64,000 nucleotides of DNA, taken from NCBI GenBank assembly GCA_973895155.1, contig OZ316899.1, positions 12,589,934 to 12,653,933 of the forward strand, given 5' to 3'. The notes below the pieces were generated by a model. It made no database searches. It had not been told where the DNA came from and saw nothing but the letters and a program-made list of their open reading frames with translations. A program made the position numbers and the translations under genes. The stretch's first letter is position 1, and each line of letters begins with the position of its first letter. Positions 1-12,057 of the stretch are shown here, piece after piece. The DNA is from Marsupella aquatica (lineage: Eukaryota; Plantae; Marchantiophyta).

Positions 1-1767
1 TAGGGTTGGTCAACAAACTCCTTAACAAACATGGAATTGACCTTAGTCCCTTCCTCTAGTAGAACCACCAAGTACAATCCACAAACAACCCATTCCATCA
101 ATCGAAAATGCCTTCACTCTTTACTCTTGCAACTTCCCTCATGTATAATAACTACTTTCGAAAGTACCTTCATCCAACCCATCTACTTTCAAAAACACCT
201 TCAAGCTCACAACAACATTCGAAAATGGCATGAAGACATTCATTCTAATTATTCCATCACTCATAGCCAAAGCAAGGCATCAACACACATCTCAAAAACG
301 AGGATACCTCTCCTCTAAATGCATAGCAAGAAGGCACATGTAGCATCATGGCCTCCAAGTAAAAACATGGGTCACAAGCAAGACCCTCCTAGCAAAAATG
401 AATCATCACCAAGTCTAATCATCAACCAAGCATTCAAAATCCCTCCATAGCCTATCCAAGCTTCAAAACCCTAGTCTCCTTATCTCATACTTCCTTCTAT
501 CAACCAAATCTACTTTCGAAGCTTCAAGTCAAGGAGTTTACAAGAGAGTAGGCCTTCTTAGTGAGCCATCTCTAATGCAAGACTCCCAAGCTTCAACAAG
601 ATTAGGTCTCATCTCCTCTAAGCTTTTGAAAATCTCCTACAAGTCCATTCTCCTCAAAACTTGAAGCAACAAACCTACATTCGAGTATGCCTTCTTGTGG
701 GCAATCTCTCATGCAAGCTCCTTATACTTCCTACTCACATCCTACCTCCTTCCTAAGGCTTTGAGTCAGCCTCTCCTACATTCGAAACCTCTCTCCAAAT
801 CCCTAGAAAAACCGTCACAAAACTCAATCTCTTCACATTCAAAGCTTCTACTCCATCTATCTCTTCACAAAATCGCCTCTACATCTCCTACCCTCAAAAT
901 CCTAAGGCCACGGCCAAGGAGGAGGGCTCCCCCTTCACTCATGCCTCATGCTCGAGCTCCCCTCAAGAGGTTCGCTCCTACAACTAAAAATGGGACTTAA
1001 CACTCCAAAATGGCAAAACGGCAGCACTTCAGCAGCATCTAACCTCCGAACCCTTGGCCACTCGAACTTCCTCCTTTAGTACCCAAGTGGGAAGGCCCAG
1101 GGCACCCACAAGCTCCTCCACTTATGGTTTTAATCCTCGTTGAATCACAGCCCTCGATCTCACACCAATTAGATCAAACGGCCAAAAATGAGCCAAAAAA
1201 CCCCTCCTTAGTAACTTGTAAACCAAATGAGCTTCGACCTTTTTGAAAAAGCCACGACCTCCACCAAGCCCTAACTCACATCTCCACCTTCAATCCAAAC
1301 CATCCATTAACCAAAACCAAGATCCACCGTTGAAGTAGATACATTGAATCTGGTCCATTTAACACAAAAATCTGAATCTGGTCCAAATCTCACAAAACTG
1401 ATGCACTTGGACCAAACCCTCTTACATGCCTTGAACCTGGTCACCTCCTCCATGTATTCAATGAACCTGGTCACCATGTTGCCAAAACCCTAAATACCTT
1501 GCTTGTTGAGCAAGCAACCTCCATTCCACCAATCCGCCAAATGATAACTTAATCACTGGTCACAAATGAAAAACATACCCCACAATAGTAACAAGGGTGG
1601 GTAGGCTTGACCTCATCCCTACCTTGACCCTCATAACTCTACTTCCTCCTTCACCTTGGTCAAGTTAGCTCAAGTCAAGTCAACTTGCCCAAGTTAGAAG
1701 CAAAATAGGTTTCAACTTCCTTCACAAAACATGAGGATTCCTCCTTTAGGATGGAAACCTCATGACA
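1..1767 (-). mobile_element. Probable LTR fragment of an unassigned family (E) inserted into the A1 LTR; runs off the left window edge
   Basis: Homology to the family-A LTR starts abruptly at 1768. The sequence to the left ends ...CCTCATGACA (TGTCATGAGG on the - strand, an LTR-type TG/CA terminus with a CATGAGG...CCTCATG hairpin). It is G-poor with no convincing ORF. The other end and TSD partner are not in the window. Confidence 0.4.
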
Positions 1768-2871
1768 CCGAGGTACCAGATCCTCCACTAGAACATGCCG
1801 GGGAGGCCGTGGCCGATGCTGAGGCCGAAGCCGAGGGTGTACCCAGTCAGGCCGATGAAGAGTTGACTCGGTCCGGGGCAGGTAATCTGTCAGAGGACGG
1901 ACCAACGGCAGTGGCTGCGGAGGAAGCATTGGGGGCGTCCATTGAGGACCAGCCACCGGGGTCGTGACGGTGTAAGGGAGTCGTCCCTTTTAGGGAGGGT
2001 GGACGTGGAGGTAGGAGGCGTGAGTGGGCAGGGCGGGCGCTGATCTCCAAGTTTAGACTAAGGATCAGGACCAGGAGACTGCCCTGACACTTAGATTAGT
2101 GGGATTGCGGATCCACGAGTAAGGGCGACACTTATGCTCCTGCCTCGCTGTACATAGGTAGATTATAGTTAGGTAGATTACAGATAAGTAGATTAGGCTT
2201 ACGCTGCAAGGAATCAGGCGGATCCACAACCAGGATACGTACCTGGGCTGCGGGGAGTTCAGGGCCTCTTCTTTAGCAAGTTTTTAGTTGCACCAGCAGG
2301 GCTGGGATCAAGTAGTAAGAGAAGCTCTCGGTTAGTTATACAGTGACCCTTGTGTATATTCATGTTTCCTCATGCCTAAGAGTTGACCTCATGGCTTAGT
2401 TTGCAGAGCTTATGTATGAGATGTACTGTTTGTATGGCAAGTGCATGGTATAACTCAGTCAGAAGGAGTCATTTTGCTATTTGTGTGTCGCATTAACTTG
2501 TGTGAAGAGTGCCCACATCAATGAAGGGAAGTAGCAAGGGAGTGAGAGTTGGATGTGTTGAGCTGAGAGAGGTCTTAGCGGCTTAACCAAGCCAATTGAG
2601 GATCATTCCGGCGGCGGAATCCAAACATACCTAATGGAAGACAAGGAGAGAAATACAAGGGAGGGCCTAGAATAGGCCGGCTAAGTATCTCATGACCCGA
2701 TGAAGGATCTGTCCAGTATATGTGTGTAAAATGTTAATAGTAGTAGTAGAGGTGATTAGCAGCGTCCCATGCCGCTAAGCCACGGAAACGGCCTCGTCAA
2801 GGATGAAACCTGCGGGAATCGGCTTGTGCGGGGGGGGTTCTTGGGTTTGGGGAGCCATGGGACGCACCACA
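1768..2871 (+). repeat. 3' part of the 5' LTR of Gypsy family A, copy A1 (includes C-terminal end of the LTR-encoded ORF, stop at 1967)
   Basis: Reverse-complement match to 25005-26150 and 39900-41000. Ends ...GACGCACCACA immediately before the PBS. Peptide PDPPLEHAGEAVADAEAE...ALGASIEDQPPGS matches the end of ORF 25922..27838. Confidence 0.9.
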
Positions 2872-2875
2872 TTTT

Positions 2876-2893
2876 TGGCGCTAGATGGAGGGG
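2876..2893 (+). promoter_or_regulatory. Primer-binding site, tRNA-Asn type (A1)
   Basis: TGGCGCTAGATGGAGGGG, 4 nt after the LTR end. Complementary, with about 1 mismatch, to the plant tRNA-Asn(GUU) 3' end ...CCCCTCCTTCTAGCGCCA (recalled sequence). Confidence 0.85.
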
Positions 2894-2907
2894 GCATTTT
2901 CTAAGCC

Positions 2908-5398
2908 GTGAGATATGAAGTTAGGAAGGAAGCGTGGGTAATGACTGAAACTACGCCAAGAGAGGAAAGAGCGATTCAACGGGAGAGAGCTCGTCTGCAG
3001 CAGCTCGTCGGGTGGCATGATACACAACGACTGAGAGGGGCAGAAAGAGCTAGTAGCTCTGTAACTAAAAGTGGCATCGAAGAATACATACCAGAAGAAG
3101 GGTGGGTAAGGAGAAGTGAGTCTCCAACCGACATGGGGGAACCAGAGGCACGGCCAGATGAGAGGCCAGGGACCAGACTGAGCCAACGGTCGCATATTCA
3201 TTACAAGGCCTTTCATGGAAGAGGAGATGAGGATCCGGACAAATGGTTGGATGACTTCGAAGGAACCGCTGCAGCAAATGGAGAATCGGCCATCAAGATG
3301 CAAATTCTTCCCGGCCTGTTCAAGGGTGAGGCTAGGCCTTGGTACAGAGCATTGGACGTAGAAGATCAAGCCATCTGGAATACTTTCAGATCACTATTTA
3401 TCAAGGAGTTTCGACCCATTGGAACTTCAGAGTTAGCAGTGCTGAAGTTGGGACAACTTCGGTTCAAGGAGAACAAATCCTTTAGGAAGTTCTTGCAACG
3501 CTTCCAAAAGCTGGTAAGACGTACAAAGACCAATGCATCTGAAGGTATGCAACTTCAATGGTTAGTGAATGCTTTGCCACAGAAGATGAGTTTTGCAATT
3601 AGGAAGGAGAACCCAGAGACTTTAGCCGAGGCAATTAAGGATATTCAATTATACATTAATGCAGATATCACAAGCCGAAAGAAACAGCTTAAGTCTGAGA
3701 GTTCCTCATCGGAGGAAGGATCACCCCATAAGAAAAAAGATAAGAAAAAGAAACATTCTAAGAAGTCAAGAAGTGATAACTCAAGCTCGGATAGTGGGAG
3801 TAGCAAGAGTGAGTCATCTTCTAGTTCTGAAGAAGAAAAAACTAGGAAAAGGAAGGACACAAGGAGGGGAAAGATGAAAGTCAAACTAGAGGCTAAAACA
3901 CCAGATAACATCGTAGCCCTTACCGAGTAGCTTAAGGCTATAATAGCAGAGGTAAAACCAAAGAAGAAGGTAGTACAGGAGGATAGCTCTGTATGGTGTG
4001 CCTTATGTTATAAAACCGGACACCATAAAGATGCGTGTCCTAAACTTAATACTAGTCATGTTTGGCATGTGGCTGAGGTCAGACCATGTCAGGGAGAAGT
4101 AGAGTACTTTTTAGGGGATGTTGCTGATAGTGTTTTCGGCATCAGTGAGACTGGAGCACGAGACCTATCCAACAGACCTGCATCTCTCTGGTCAGGATTA
4201 AGGAACAAACTGGGAGAGATGTATCCTCGGATTATTCAGAATCCGTCAGTACCTCCTAGGCCAAATGTGCAAATATTTGCGGCATGCTATAATTGTGGTC
4301 AACCTGGTCATTTTGCTAGAGAATGCCCGAATGCACGCAAACAAGGTGATGGACAACCAGCTTAGCTATGTATGGGATGCCGACAGGAGGGTCACATGCT
4401 AGGACAATGTCCTACTTGGTTGGCAGGCCTGGCCGCAAATCATAAGCTCTTGCTAGTCAAGGTTTTACCGCCAGGTACTACCCCCGGAGGAGTTCAAATC
4501 AACCACATTGAACTTGGATGGCAAATAGATGCCGAAGCAGAGTTCGGACCATCCGATGATGAGGCCGAGGCCCTATCAACCTTCTCAGAGGAGGATTTGG
4601 ATCATGATTGCTACTGGGTCTCTACTCGATCTACCAGAAGGAAGGAAAGGTGGGATGGGCTGGCCAAAAATAAAGGGAAGGATAAGGAAGAAAGAATCGA
4701 CTCCTCGTCAACATCAACAAAGGGGAAGGAAAGGCGCCGGCAACACATGTAAGCCATGAGCCCCCCCATGAGCCCAATCCTTCACAGGAGAGCGACTTCA
4801 ATCGAGATCACCCTAGGTTGGTCTACCCCTCTATTACGGCTAGTGTTAAGGAACAATTGCGAGAATTAGAAACCCTGGAGAATACCGAAGCTATAGCCAA
4901 GGATGTGAAACGAGCAAAAGCGTTGTTTGCTTTGGAGGATCCAATGGCTGTGGAAACCAACGTGGAAAAACAGGCTGAAGCCAAGATGAAGACACCGCTA
5001 GAAGAGAAGCCGATAGTTCCCTATGACCTGGCTAAAGATGTGCTAGAATCTAGAGTCTCGGCAACCGTAGGTCAACTATTGAAAAATAGCCCGTACTTCC
5101 GGAAGCAGTTAAGGAAGGCGATTCTTGGCAAGACAAGATTACCCAAGGTAGCAACCAAATCCGATGTGCTCATGATAGAAGAAGATCAAGGAGCCCCAAC
5201 ATTACCATTAATGATTCAAGGAGAAATATTATTGCGAGTACCCATTGATGGAGGATCCGGGGTATGTATTATGATTGATTCAACAGCAAAAGGATGGGGT
5301 CTAACGCCGGAGATGACTGGAAGAGTGTTAAACATGGCCAATGGGTATCAGGTCATTCCCACGGGAGTGTTAACCGGCATCAAGACTGAGATAGGAGG
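2908..5398 (+). pseudogene. Gypsy A1 gag-protease, disrupted; truncated by insertion of the family C element at 5399
   Basis: Retrotransposon Gag core (FHGRGDEDPDKWLDDF...LFKGEARPWY), Ser/Lys tract, three CCHC knuckles (e.g. CYNCGQPGHFAREC) and aspartic protease VPIDGGSGVCIM. Several in-frame stops. Near-identical to 37252-39830 on the - strand. Confidence 0.93.
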
Positions 5399-5757
5399 TG
5401 TGACGCCGCCGGTACGGCGAGTAATGAGTAATTCAGTCTGGACCGCGCTTAGCACGCACGTTAGGGGTATCTTAGGCCGCTATTATTAGCATAACGACAT
5501 TATTTAGGTAACCATTATGAGTAGGAAATCATTAGTTAATAAGGGGAAATCATGTTCTGACTGGCGGCGTGTTGCCATTCGCACGCCCGGGTTGCGAGCG
5601 TGGAGGGGCCCCTCCCTCGGGTCCGTATAACGAACTTAGGGAAGCGGCCACTGACACGCGCTGACTCAGACCGGCGGAGTGGCCGGTACACTACAAGCAT
5701 GAACGGTTCAGCCTATAGGCAACGAGGAGACGTCGGGTGATCGACAAACCCTCAAGG

Positions 5758-5765
5758 TATAAAAA
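5758..5765 (+). promoter_or_regulatory. TATA-like box upstream of the LTR-encoded ORF (C1)
   Basis: GGTATAAAAAGGG followed by a pyrimidine patch (CTCTCTCGTTCTCTCT), about 100 nt before ATG 5866. Conserved in C2 (32396-32402). Confidence 0.6.
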
Positions 5766-5865
5766 GGGAGCCGACCCTTTGTAGTGCACCAGTCCATCAA
5801 TCCACACGCCAGCTTCGACCCCAGCTCTCTCGTTCTCTCTTAGTTGCCACTGCTATCTCCTCTTA

Positions 5866-8495
5866 ATGTCGCACACGATCCTCTCCAGTTTGGCCATTCG
5901 ATTCTGGACGCAGTTCCTATCTACCGGAAGACACTTGGCTGACTCATTGAAACACGCCAACCCGCGCCAATACGAAATCGAACGCGAGTACGAGAGAGCC
6001 ATCTGCCTAGCAGGACGACACCACTATATCCTTAACTTTGACTACCCGTCTTAGAGCGAGCTTTACCGACCAGCAGAGGTATCTGGGTACTTCTTCAACG
6101 GAGACAAATATATCGGTTTCTAGGAAGCATTGCTTTGGCTTCCGGACGAGGTCTTCAATATCCTGGGTACGATCGACTTGCACCGACATCACTTCGACCA
6201 CATCCCTGCTCAGGTTCGGGCTATCATCAACAACGAGTCCAACGCTACCCGTTCGACAAGGCCGTCTGCACTTGCTTCGGAGAACTTCTACCAGCACCTG
6301 CAGAGCTTCATGGGAACTAGACCCTCAACCGCCGGCGTCGGCCCAGTCGACCCCATACCCATATCCGCACCAACGCAGACTCAGGCTCAGCTTCAGTCTC
6401 AGTCTCAGCCTCAGCCTAGCCAACCCCACCGCCGATCGCCCCGCCTGTACAAGTACGCTCCGTCATCAACGCTATGGACCTTAGCGACGACGACGAGGCT
6501 ACCCCACCCTTGCTCAGGCGGCCCAGAGGAGCAAACACTCAAGGGGCCAACACTACAGTGTCCCCTCTCCATGCTCGGACCCAAGGAGCGGCTCCAGCAG
6601 ACAACACGGTGACCGTGGCCGCCCCGGGCCCAATACTAACGGCGGTAGCACTACCTATGCCCGATCGAGAGGATGGGGAGGTGTCACCCTCCCCGAGCCA
6701 GTCACGGGGGAAGAAGAGGAAGGAACCCGCCGCTGCATCCGGGTTACCATTGGCCATGGTAGCCGCGGCCAAGGTGACAATGCACCGCATGGGGGAAAAC
6801 GTGCATAAAAACATCCTCCATCCCAAACATGCGGTGTACCTGAAGACTCAGGGATTTGAGCACCTCGCCTCTCTCCCCTGGAACACTTGCAGGTACTACG
6901 GGGAGGACATGACGGAATTTGTCAAGAATTATGATGACGCACGTCAACATACTCGGCTGCGGGGAAGGAATATGTCCCTCACGGAAGAATGGCTCAAGAT
7001 GATCTTCGGGTTACCCGAAGGTGACCACCGAGTCAAATCATGGGCTCCCGGGGGCAAGGGAGCCAAGTACCAATCCTCAAGTTTTCCCTCAGAGGGAGCA
7101 GTGGACAATGGGTTCGTGATGAGGACCTGCCTCATCCCCGAGATAGCTGAGTGACTGGAGTTCCAAAGGTATGCCCTCCACATGATGGAACCCCAGGGGG
7201 AGATCTCCGCTGCCCAGGTTATCCAGGTCGAGAACTATCGACCTAGGAAGTGCGCGTCGTACTTTGCTAAGAAATTCCATGAAGAGATGGAGCGGCGAAG
7301 AAAGACGCTATACATTGGCGGGAAGGCGTATTTCGCTAGCCACATCGAGATCATTCTCGAGTGGTACGTTCGGTTTGATCGACGAACCCTTCCCTATGTC
7401 AACGTTACAAAGCTGGTCCCAGCTAGGTGGGTTTTCCCGGCCTTGGAGAGACGGCCCCAACCCGAGGCCCGAAGTCCAGTGGACACGCAGGCTTCACCCA
7501 CCCCACCTCCACAAGTAGCTATAGTCGTGACCGAGGAGGTACCGGATGGGTCGGTAATTGCAACCGTAGATGCGATCCAACAGGCCAGGCCAAGTACAGA
7601 AGTTGGTACAACGGAGGCCTTACTCGAGCCCGGGTCTCCCAAAGACCCACCGGTGGCTATTCCGGAGAACCGGACATTGCTGCAGGAGGACACTCCAACC
7701 CCTTCCAACACTACGTCCCCAGGGCTGGATGTCACTGCCCCGGCCCCCGCGTGTGTTGACGTTTGCCCGTGCCCAACTCTGGACAGGCACAACCTGGACC
7801 ACCCGGAACTCTTCGTACCGGGTACATTTCTGAACGGCCTTCTGGGAGATTTCTCTCATCAAATTGCCCGGGATACCGGGGAGTTCATGGCCCGGAAGGT
7901 AGCCTGTTTCTTCAATCAGGAGTTGGTTGTCGTAGTAAACGCAGGCCGGGCCCAGTCAGAGGCCCTTCAGAGGATAGAGTGGTACCGGGTGGAGTCCGTA
8001 TACTTAAAGAACAAAGTTGCGGCTCAAGAGGCTGAGCTTCTACAACTACGACCCAAAGTTGCAGCCGCCGATGAGTTGTTAGCAAAGGCGCACGCCCTTA
8101 CCGCCCTAGCCAAACAGGCCAAAGCTGGGAACGAGGCCGAGATTGCACGACTCCGGAACCAGATTGACAGTTTGAAGAATCAAACTGTCATCTGGCAGAA
8201 AGACCTGGAGGATGCCGAAGAACGGGCCCAGCGGGACACTACGGAGATAGCCACGCTACAGGCCAAAGTGGCGCGGCTCCAAACCGAAGCCGAGAAGCAG
8301 GACCAGCTGGCGGGCAAGCTGACGAGCGACGCCCAGCAGCTGGAGGAGGCAGTGGAGGAGACGGACGCGGCAAAGCGAGAGAACGAATCTCTGCTGGACC
8401 AAGTCCAGCTCCTCAAGGCGGACAACGACAGACTTCGTAAGCAACGGGATGGCCGCTCCCACTCGGGCGGCTCTGGCAAGCGTGCCAGGCATTAG
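5866..8495 (+). pseudogene. LTR-encoded PMD-like + coiled-coil protein, family C (about 875 aa ancestral), broken in C1
   Basis: ORF pieces 5866..6054, 6130..6612, 6474..7154 and 7182..8495 tile the C2 ORFs 32501..34456 and 34510..35130. C1 stops (TAG 6052, TAG 6121, TGA 7152) are sense codons (CAG, TGG, CGA) in C2. Confidence 0.85.
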
Positions 8496-9407
8496 CGACA
8501 GAGTAGGAATAGAATAGGGTTAGGAATAGCTAAATCAGGCTATGGGGACAAGAACCTGCCCTAGTTAGAGCAGCACCGCCATGCTGTCCAGTCTGCGTAG
8601 GTTAGGATCTTCTAATAAGACACAGCCGTTTTTTGGCCTGACAGTCAGATTAGTTAGGACCTAAGTCAGTGAATCTTTGGGCGGGAGGACACTCCGTTCC
8701 TTGGCCCTTAGTATTTAGTGCACCCCTCGGTAGAGGCAGGGTTGGGTTTTTTTAGTCTCAGTATTGGACATCCGCGGTATGTGCGGGGAGTCCCGACCTC
8801 TGGGAGTGGAAGAGTACCAAGGGGAGGGTGTAAGACTAAGCTTATTGGGCGAGTACGGAGCCGGGTTCCATTGTAGTGTACACCCTCGACCTCGGACCTG
8901 TTCACTCCAGAGCATTCGGGTCAACTAAGTGTACGCATATGTCTCTTATGGAGTAAAATCCCTTCCCGTTATTTCCTTCGTATAAATTGAGATTTTATGC
9001 TTGTGCGTATGTATGTGTGTGAATCTCGTGTATAGGTGCCAACGCTTGGCCGAACGCACTACCCAAGTAGTGCACGAGGTGCAGCTTGCGTGTACGTGGT
9101 TGCGAGCCCGGGTTGAGCACCCATTCCACCAAAATCCGGATCGAAGGCGGACAATATGAAGGCTTAGAAGCCCTTAAGCCAGGGTCGATCTTGCTATCGA
9201 TTGAGGTACGTTCCGGCGGCGGAACACAAATCATACCTAAGAGGTGTCCGTATATGATGATAGGCGCACTTAGCGCTATTTTATGTAAGTTGGGTGCATT
9301 CCGTGCCTCCCTCCCTGCCCGAACCCTCATTTTGACAAAGGTTGTGCCTATTTAAGCCAAAGCCCGGAGTAAGGCCAAGGCTGACGACGTGACATAGCCT
9401 TTGTTTT

Positions 9408-9425
9408 TGGCGCTAGATGGAGGGG
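9408..9425 (+). promoter_or_regulatory. Primer-binding site, tRNA-Asn type (C1)
   Basis: TGGCGCTAGATGGAGGGG, identical to the family A PBS, 13 nt downstream of the LTR end. Confidence 0.85.
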
Positions 9426-9640
9426 GCACTCTACGTGTAGTAGAGGGGAGACATGTGCGGGTGCACCTGGGCAGAATACACCAGGCCCGTGTGAGTTACT
9501 AACCATCGCGTGTATATGAGTAAATGTCCGTCACTCGTTCTCAAGCAGCCTACTTGAGGAGATTGACTAGCGAATGAGAGAGTGCAACCACAGCAAGCTC
9601 CGACTCTTTAGGATCGGAGGATTCGCAATCACCTCGGCAA

Positions 9641-12037
9641 ATGAACATACCACCAGGACCCTCGGGGTCCGGTCCAACCGGTCCTGCTCCAGTTCCTGCT
9701 GCACCACCGCCACCAGTACCTATGGCAGCCACCCCGCCGATGGCCCGCGTTGCCCAAGCTCCTCCACAAACATCGCAACGGTCGCGGTTTCATTATCGAC
9801 CTTTCAAAGGGCATCATGGGGATGATCCGAATGAATGGTTGGATGAGTTTGAAGCCACTGCTAAGGCTAACGGGGAAGACGCCATTAAGCTAACTGTCCT
9901 CCCTGGAGTGATGCGGGGAGAAGCTCATCCATGGTACAACTCACTGCCACCCGGTACTACATGGGCACAATTCCAAGTTGCGTTGCTGCAAGAATTTTGT
10001 GCTATTGGATCCGAGCAACGCTCTTTATTAAAGATCGGCCAGCTTCGCATGGGAAAAAAAGAGTCCCTGCAAAAGTTCATTCAAAAGTTTCAGAAACTTG
10101 CTGCCAAGATACGGCCTAGGCCTGGTGACGCACTCCAGCTTACGTGGTTCCTCCATGGTTTGCCCACGAATATGCAATTCTGGGTGCGCCAGAATAACCC
10201 AATTTCAATGCAAGCAGCCATAGCGTGCGCCGAAACCTACCGGGAGTCCACCTATAATTCTTGGCGAAGCCAGCGGGCACACCGCAAGAAGGGCAAGTAC
10301 GAGACCTTCAGTGACAGTTACTCTGAATCAGACGACGAGAAGAAGAAGAAGCGCAAGAAGAAGAAGAAATGCAAGAAGAAGAAGAAACATCGTTCGACCT
10401 CGTCCAGTTCGGAGACAGAATCTAGTTCAGATTCAACTTCAAACAGCGTGTCCTCCACCACCAACTCATCGGGAAGTGATTCAGAGAGCAAGAGCCAGAG
10501 CAAGAAGAAGAAAAGGAGGGTTAAGAAGGAGGGGAAAATCAAACCCCGTGCTTGAAGAACGATACCCGATCCAAGGCTGCCGAAGCAGACAAGCTTAACA
10601 AAATCACGGATCGCCTCAAAGCACTGTCAGTACATCTCGCGGAAAAGCCGGTGGAGAAGAAGAAGCCATCTGAGATCCGAGCCCATGCGTGGTGTTCAAA
10701 GTGCTTCCAATCCGAGCATGTCGTGCAAGAATGCCCAAGATGGAAGAACCGAGTTCACCAGGTGGAATTAGATGATGTCGACAACCCGGGACCTGAAGCG
10801 GAGTCCACGGAGTATTTCTTTGAAGACCCTCCTGATTCGGTGTATCAGATTTCAATGGTGGGTCCGCGTAACTTAGCAGGTAGCACTGCATACCCCTACC
10901 CAAACAATAGCCGAAGTTTCCAAGTTATCAGTAATCCTAGCATTACCCCTAAACCAGGGATTTGGCGATCCTCGGTTTGTTACAACTGTGAGAAGCCAGG
11001 CCACTTTGCGAGGGAATGCACAGAACCAAGACGCAGGGGGATGGCCGTGGCATGCCACTATGTCAAGTCTGCAAAATGGAAGCTCATTCCATGGCCAATT
11101 GTCCATTGGTAATAGCCGCTCGAACAAATGGAGCAAGACCAGCTCAGGGCGGACCGGCCACGAGCGATGCAATCGTCCAAATGACTGTTGTGGAATGGCA
11201 AGATGACAACACCGAGTGGGTGAATCTGGTGGATGTGGCGGAGCACCCTAATCCATCTGACGAGGCTGAGTGCTACCGAGTGTCAACAAGAGCCGAACGG
11301 AAGGAAGAGAAGCAGGAGGAGAAACGCAGGAAAAAGCAAGATACTACTCCGGTGCAGCCAGCGATAGACATACCCCCAGAGAAAGATGATTACTACCGTA
11401 GGGACGACCCGAAGCTAATTTTCTTCCGCATCAAAGAAATGGTAAAGAAACAGCTGGAGGCCTATGAAGCTCGAGAATACCAGAAGGCAATCGATAAGGA
11501 CATCAAAGCAGCTGAAGCCGCCTGACGACAGGAGCAAGAAAAGCAGGAGGAAGGCAAGCAGCAGCCGAAGGAAGAAAAGAAGGAGGACTATGATATTAAG
11601 GAAGACGTGAAGAGTTGCCCGGTTACAGCAACAGTAGGACAACTGCTACAAAACAATCCACAGTACCGACGGCAACTGAGGGAGTTGCTTATGGGTCGAT
11701 GACGGAGGCGACTACCCCGTGTTGGGATCGCGGATTGCAACATGATATGCGAGGACCTGGGAGCGCCCGACATCTTGATTGAAATAAATAATTGTACCAT
11801 CAAGATGGTTCTCGTGGACGGAGGAGCAGGCGTCAACATCATGACTGAAGAAACATCAGTCAAGTTATGATACCTCACGTATCAACCCACGGCCCGAGCT
11901 ATCAGATTAGCAAATAGGGCAAGGGTCCTCCCATTAGGCACGCTCACACGGGTGCTCACTCTGGTGGGAGGGGTGGAGTTCTATCTCAACTTCCTAGTCA
12001 TGAGGAAGGTTCGGCCCTCCTCTTATCCGGTCCTCCG
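9641..12037 (+). pseudogene. Gypsy C1 gag-protease, frameshifted and truncated
   Basis: FKGHHGDDPNEWLDEF...MRGEAHPWY Gag core, poly-Lys/Ser tract, three CCHC knuckles (WCSKC, CYNCEKPGHFAREC, CQVCKMEAHSMANC) and protease VLVDGGAGVNIM near 11810. Coding sequence breaks off at ...SSYPVL, at telomere-like repeats. Confidence 0.9.
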
Positions 12038-12057
12038 TTTAGGGTTTAGGGTTTTAG
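12038..12057 (+). repeat. Plant telomere-type repeats (TTTAGGG)2-TTTTAG at a rearrangement junction
   Basis: Sequence TTTAGGGTTTAGGGTTTTAG lies exactly where C1 protease coding stops. Confidence 0.7.

Larger units (their letters stand above)
5399..9394 (+). repeat. 5' LTR of Gypsy family C, copy C1 (3996 bp)
   Basis: TGTGACGCC...GACGTGACA termini equivalent to the TSD-bounded solo copy 32037-36026. Followed by a PBS and gag. Confidence 0.95.

Noticed and set aside
31-1000. ORFs 31..318 and 695..1000
   Set aside because: Low-complexity S/H/L/P products of compositionally skewed LTR-like DNA.
2690-2871. Possible hammerhead ribozyme in the A LTR end
   Set aside because: No CUGANGA...GAAA core with the required flanking stems could be assembled by eye.
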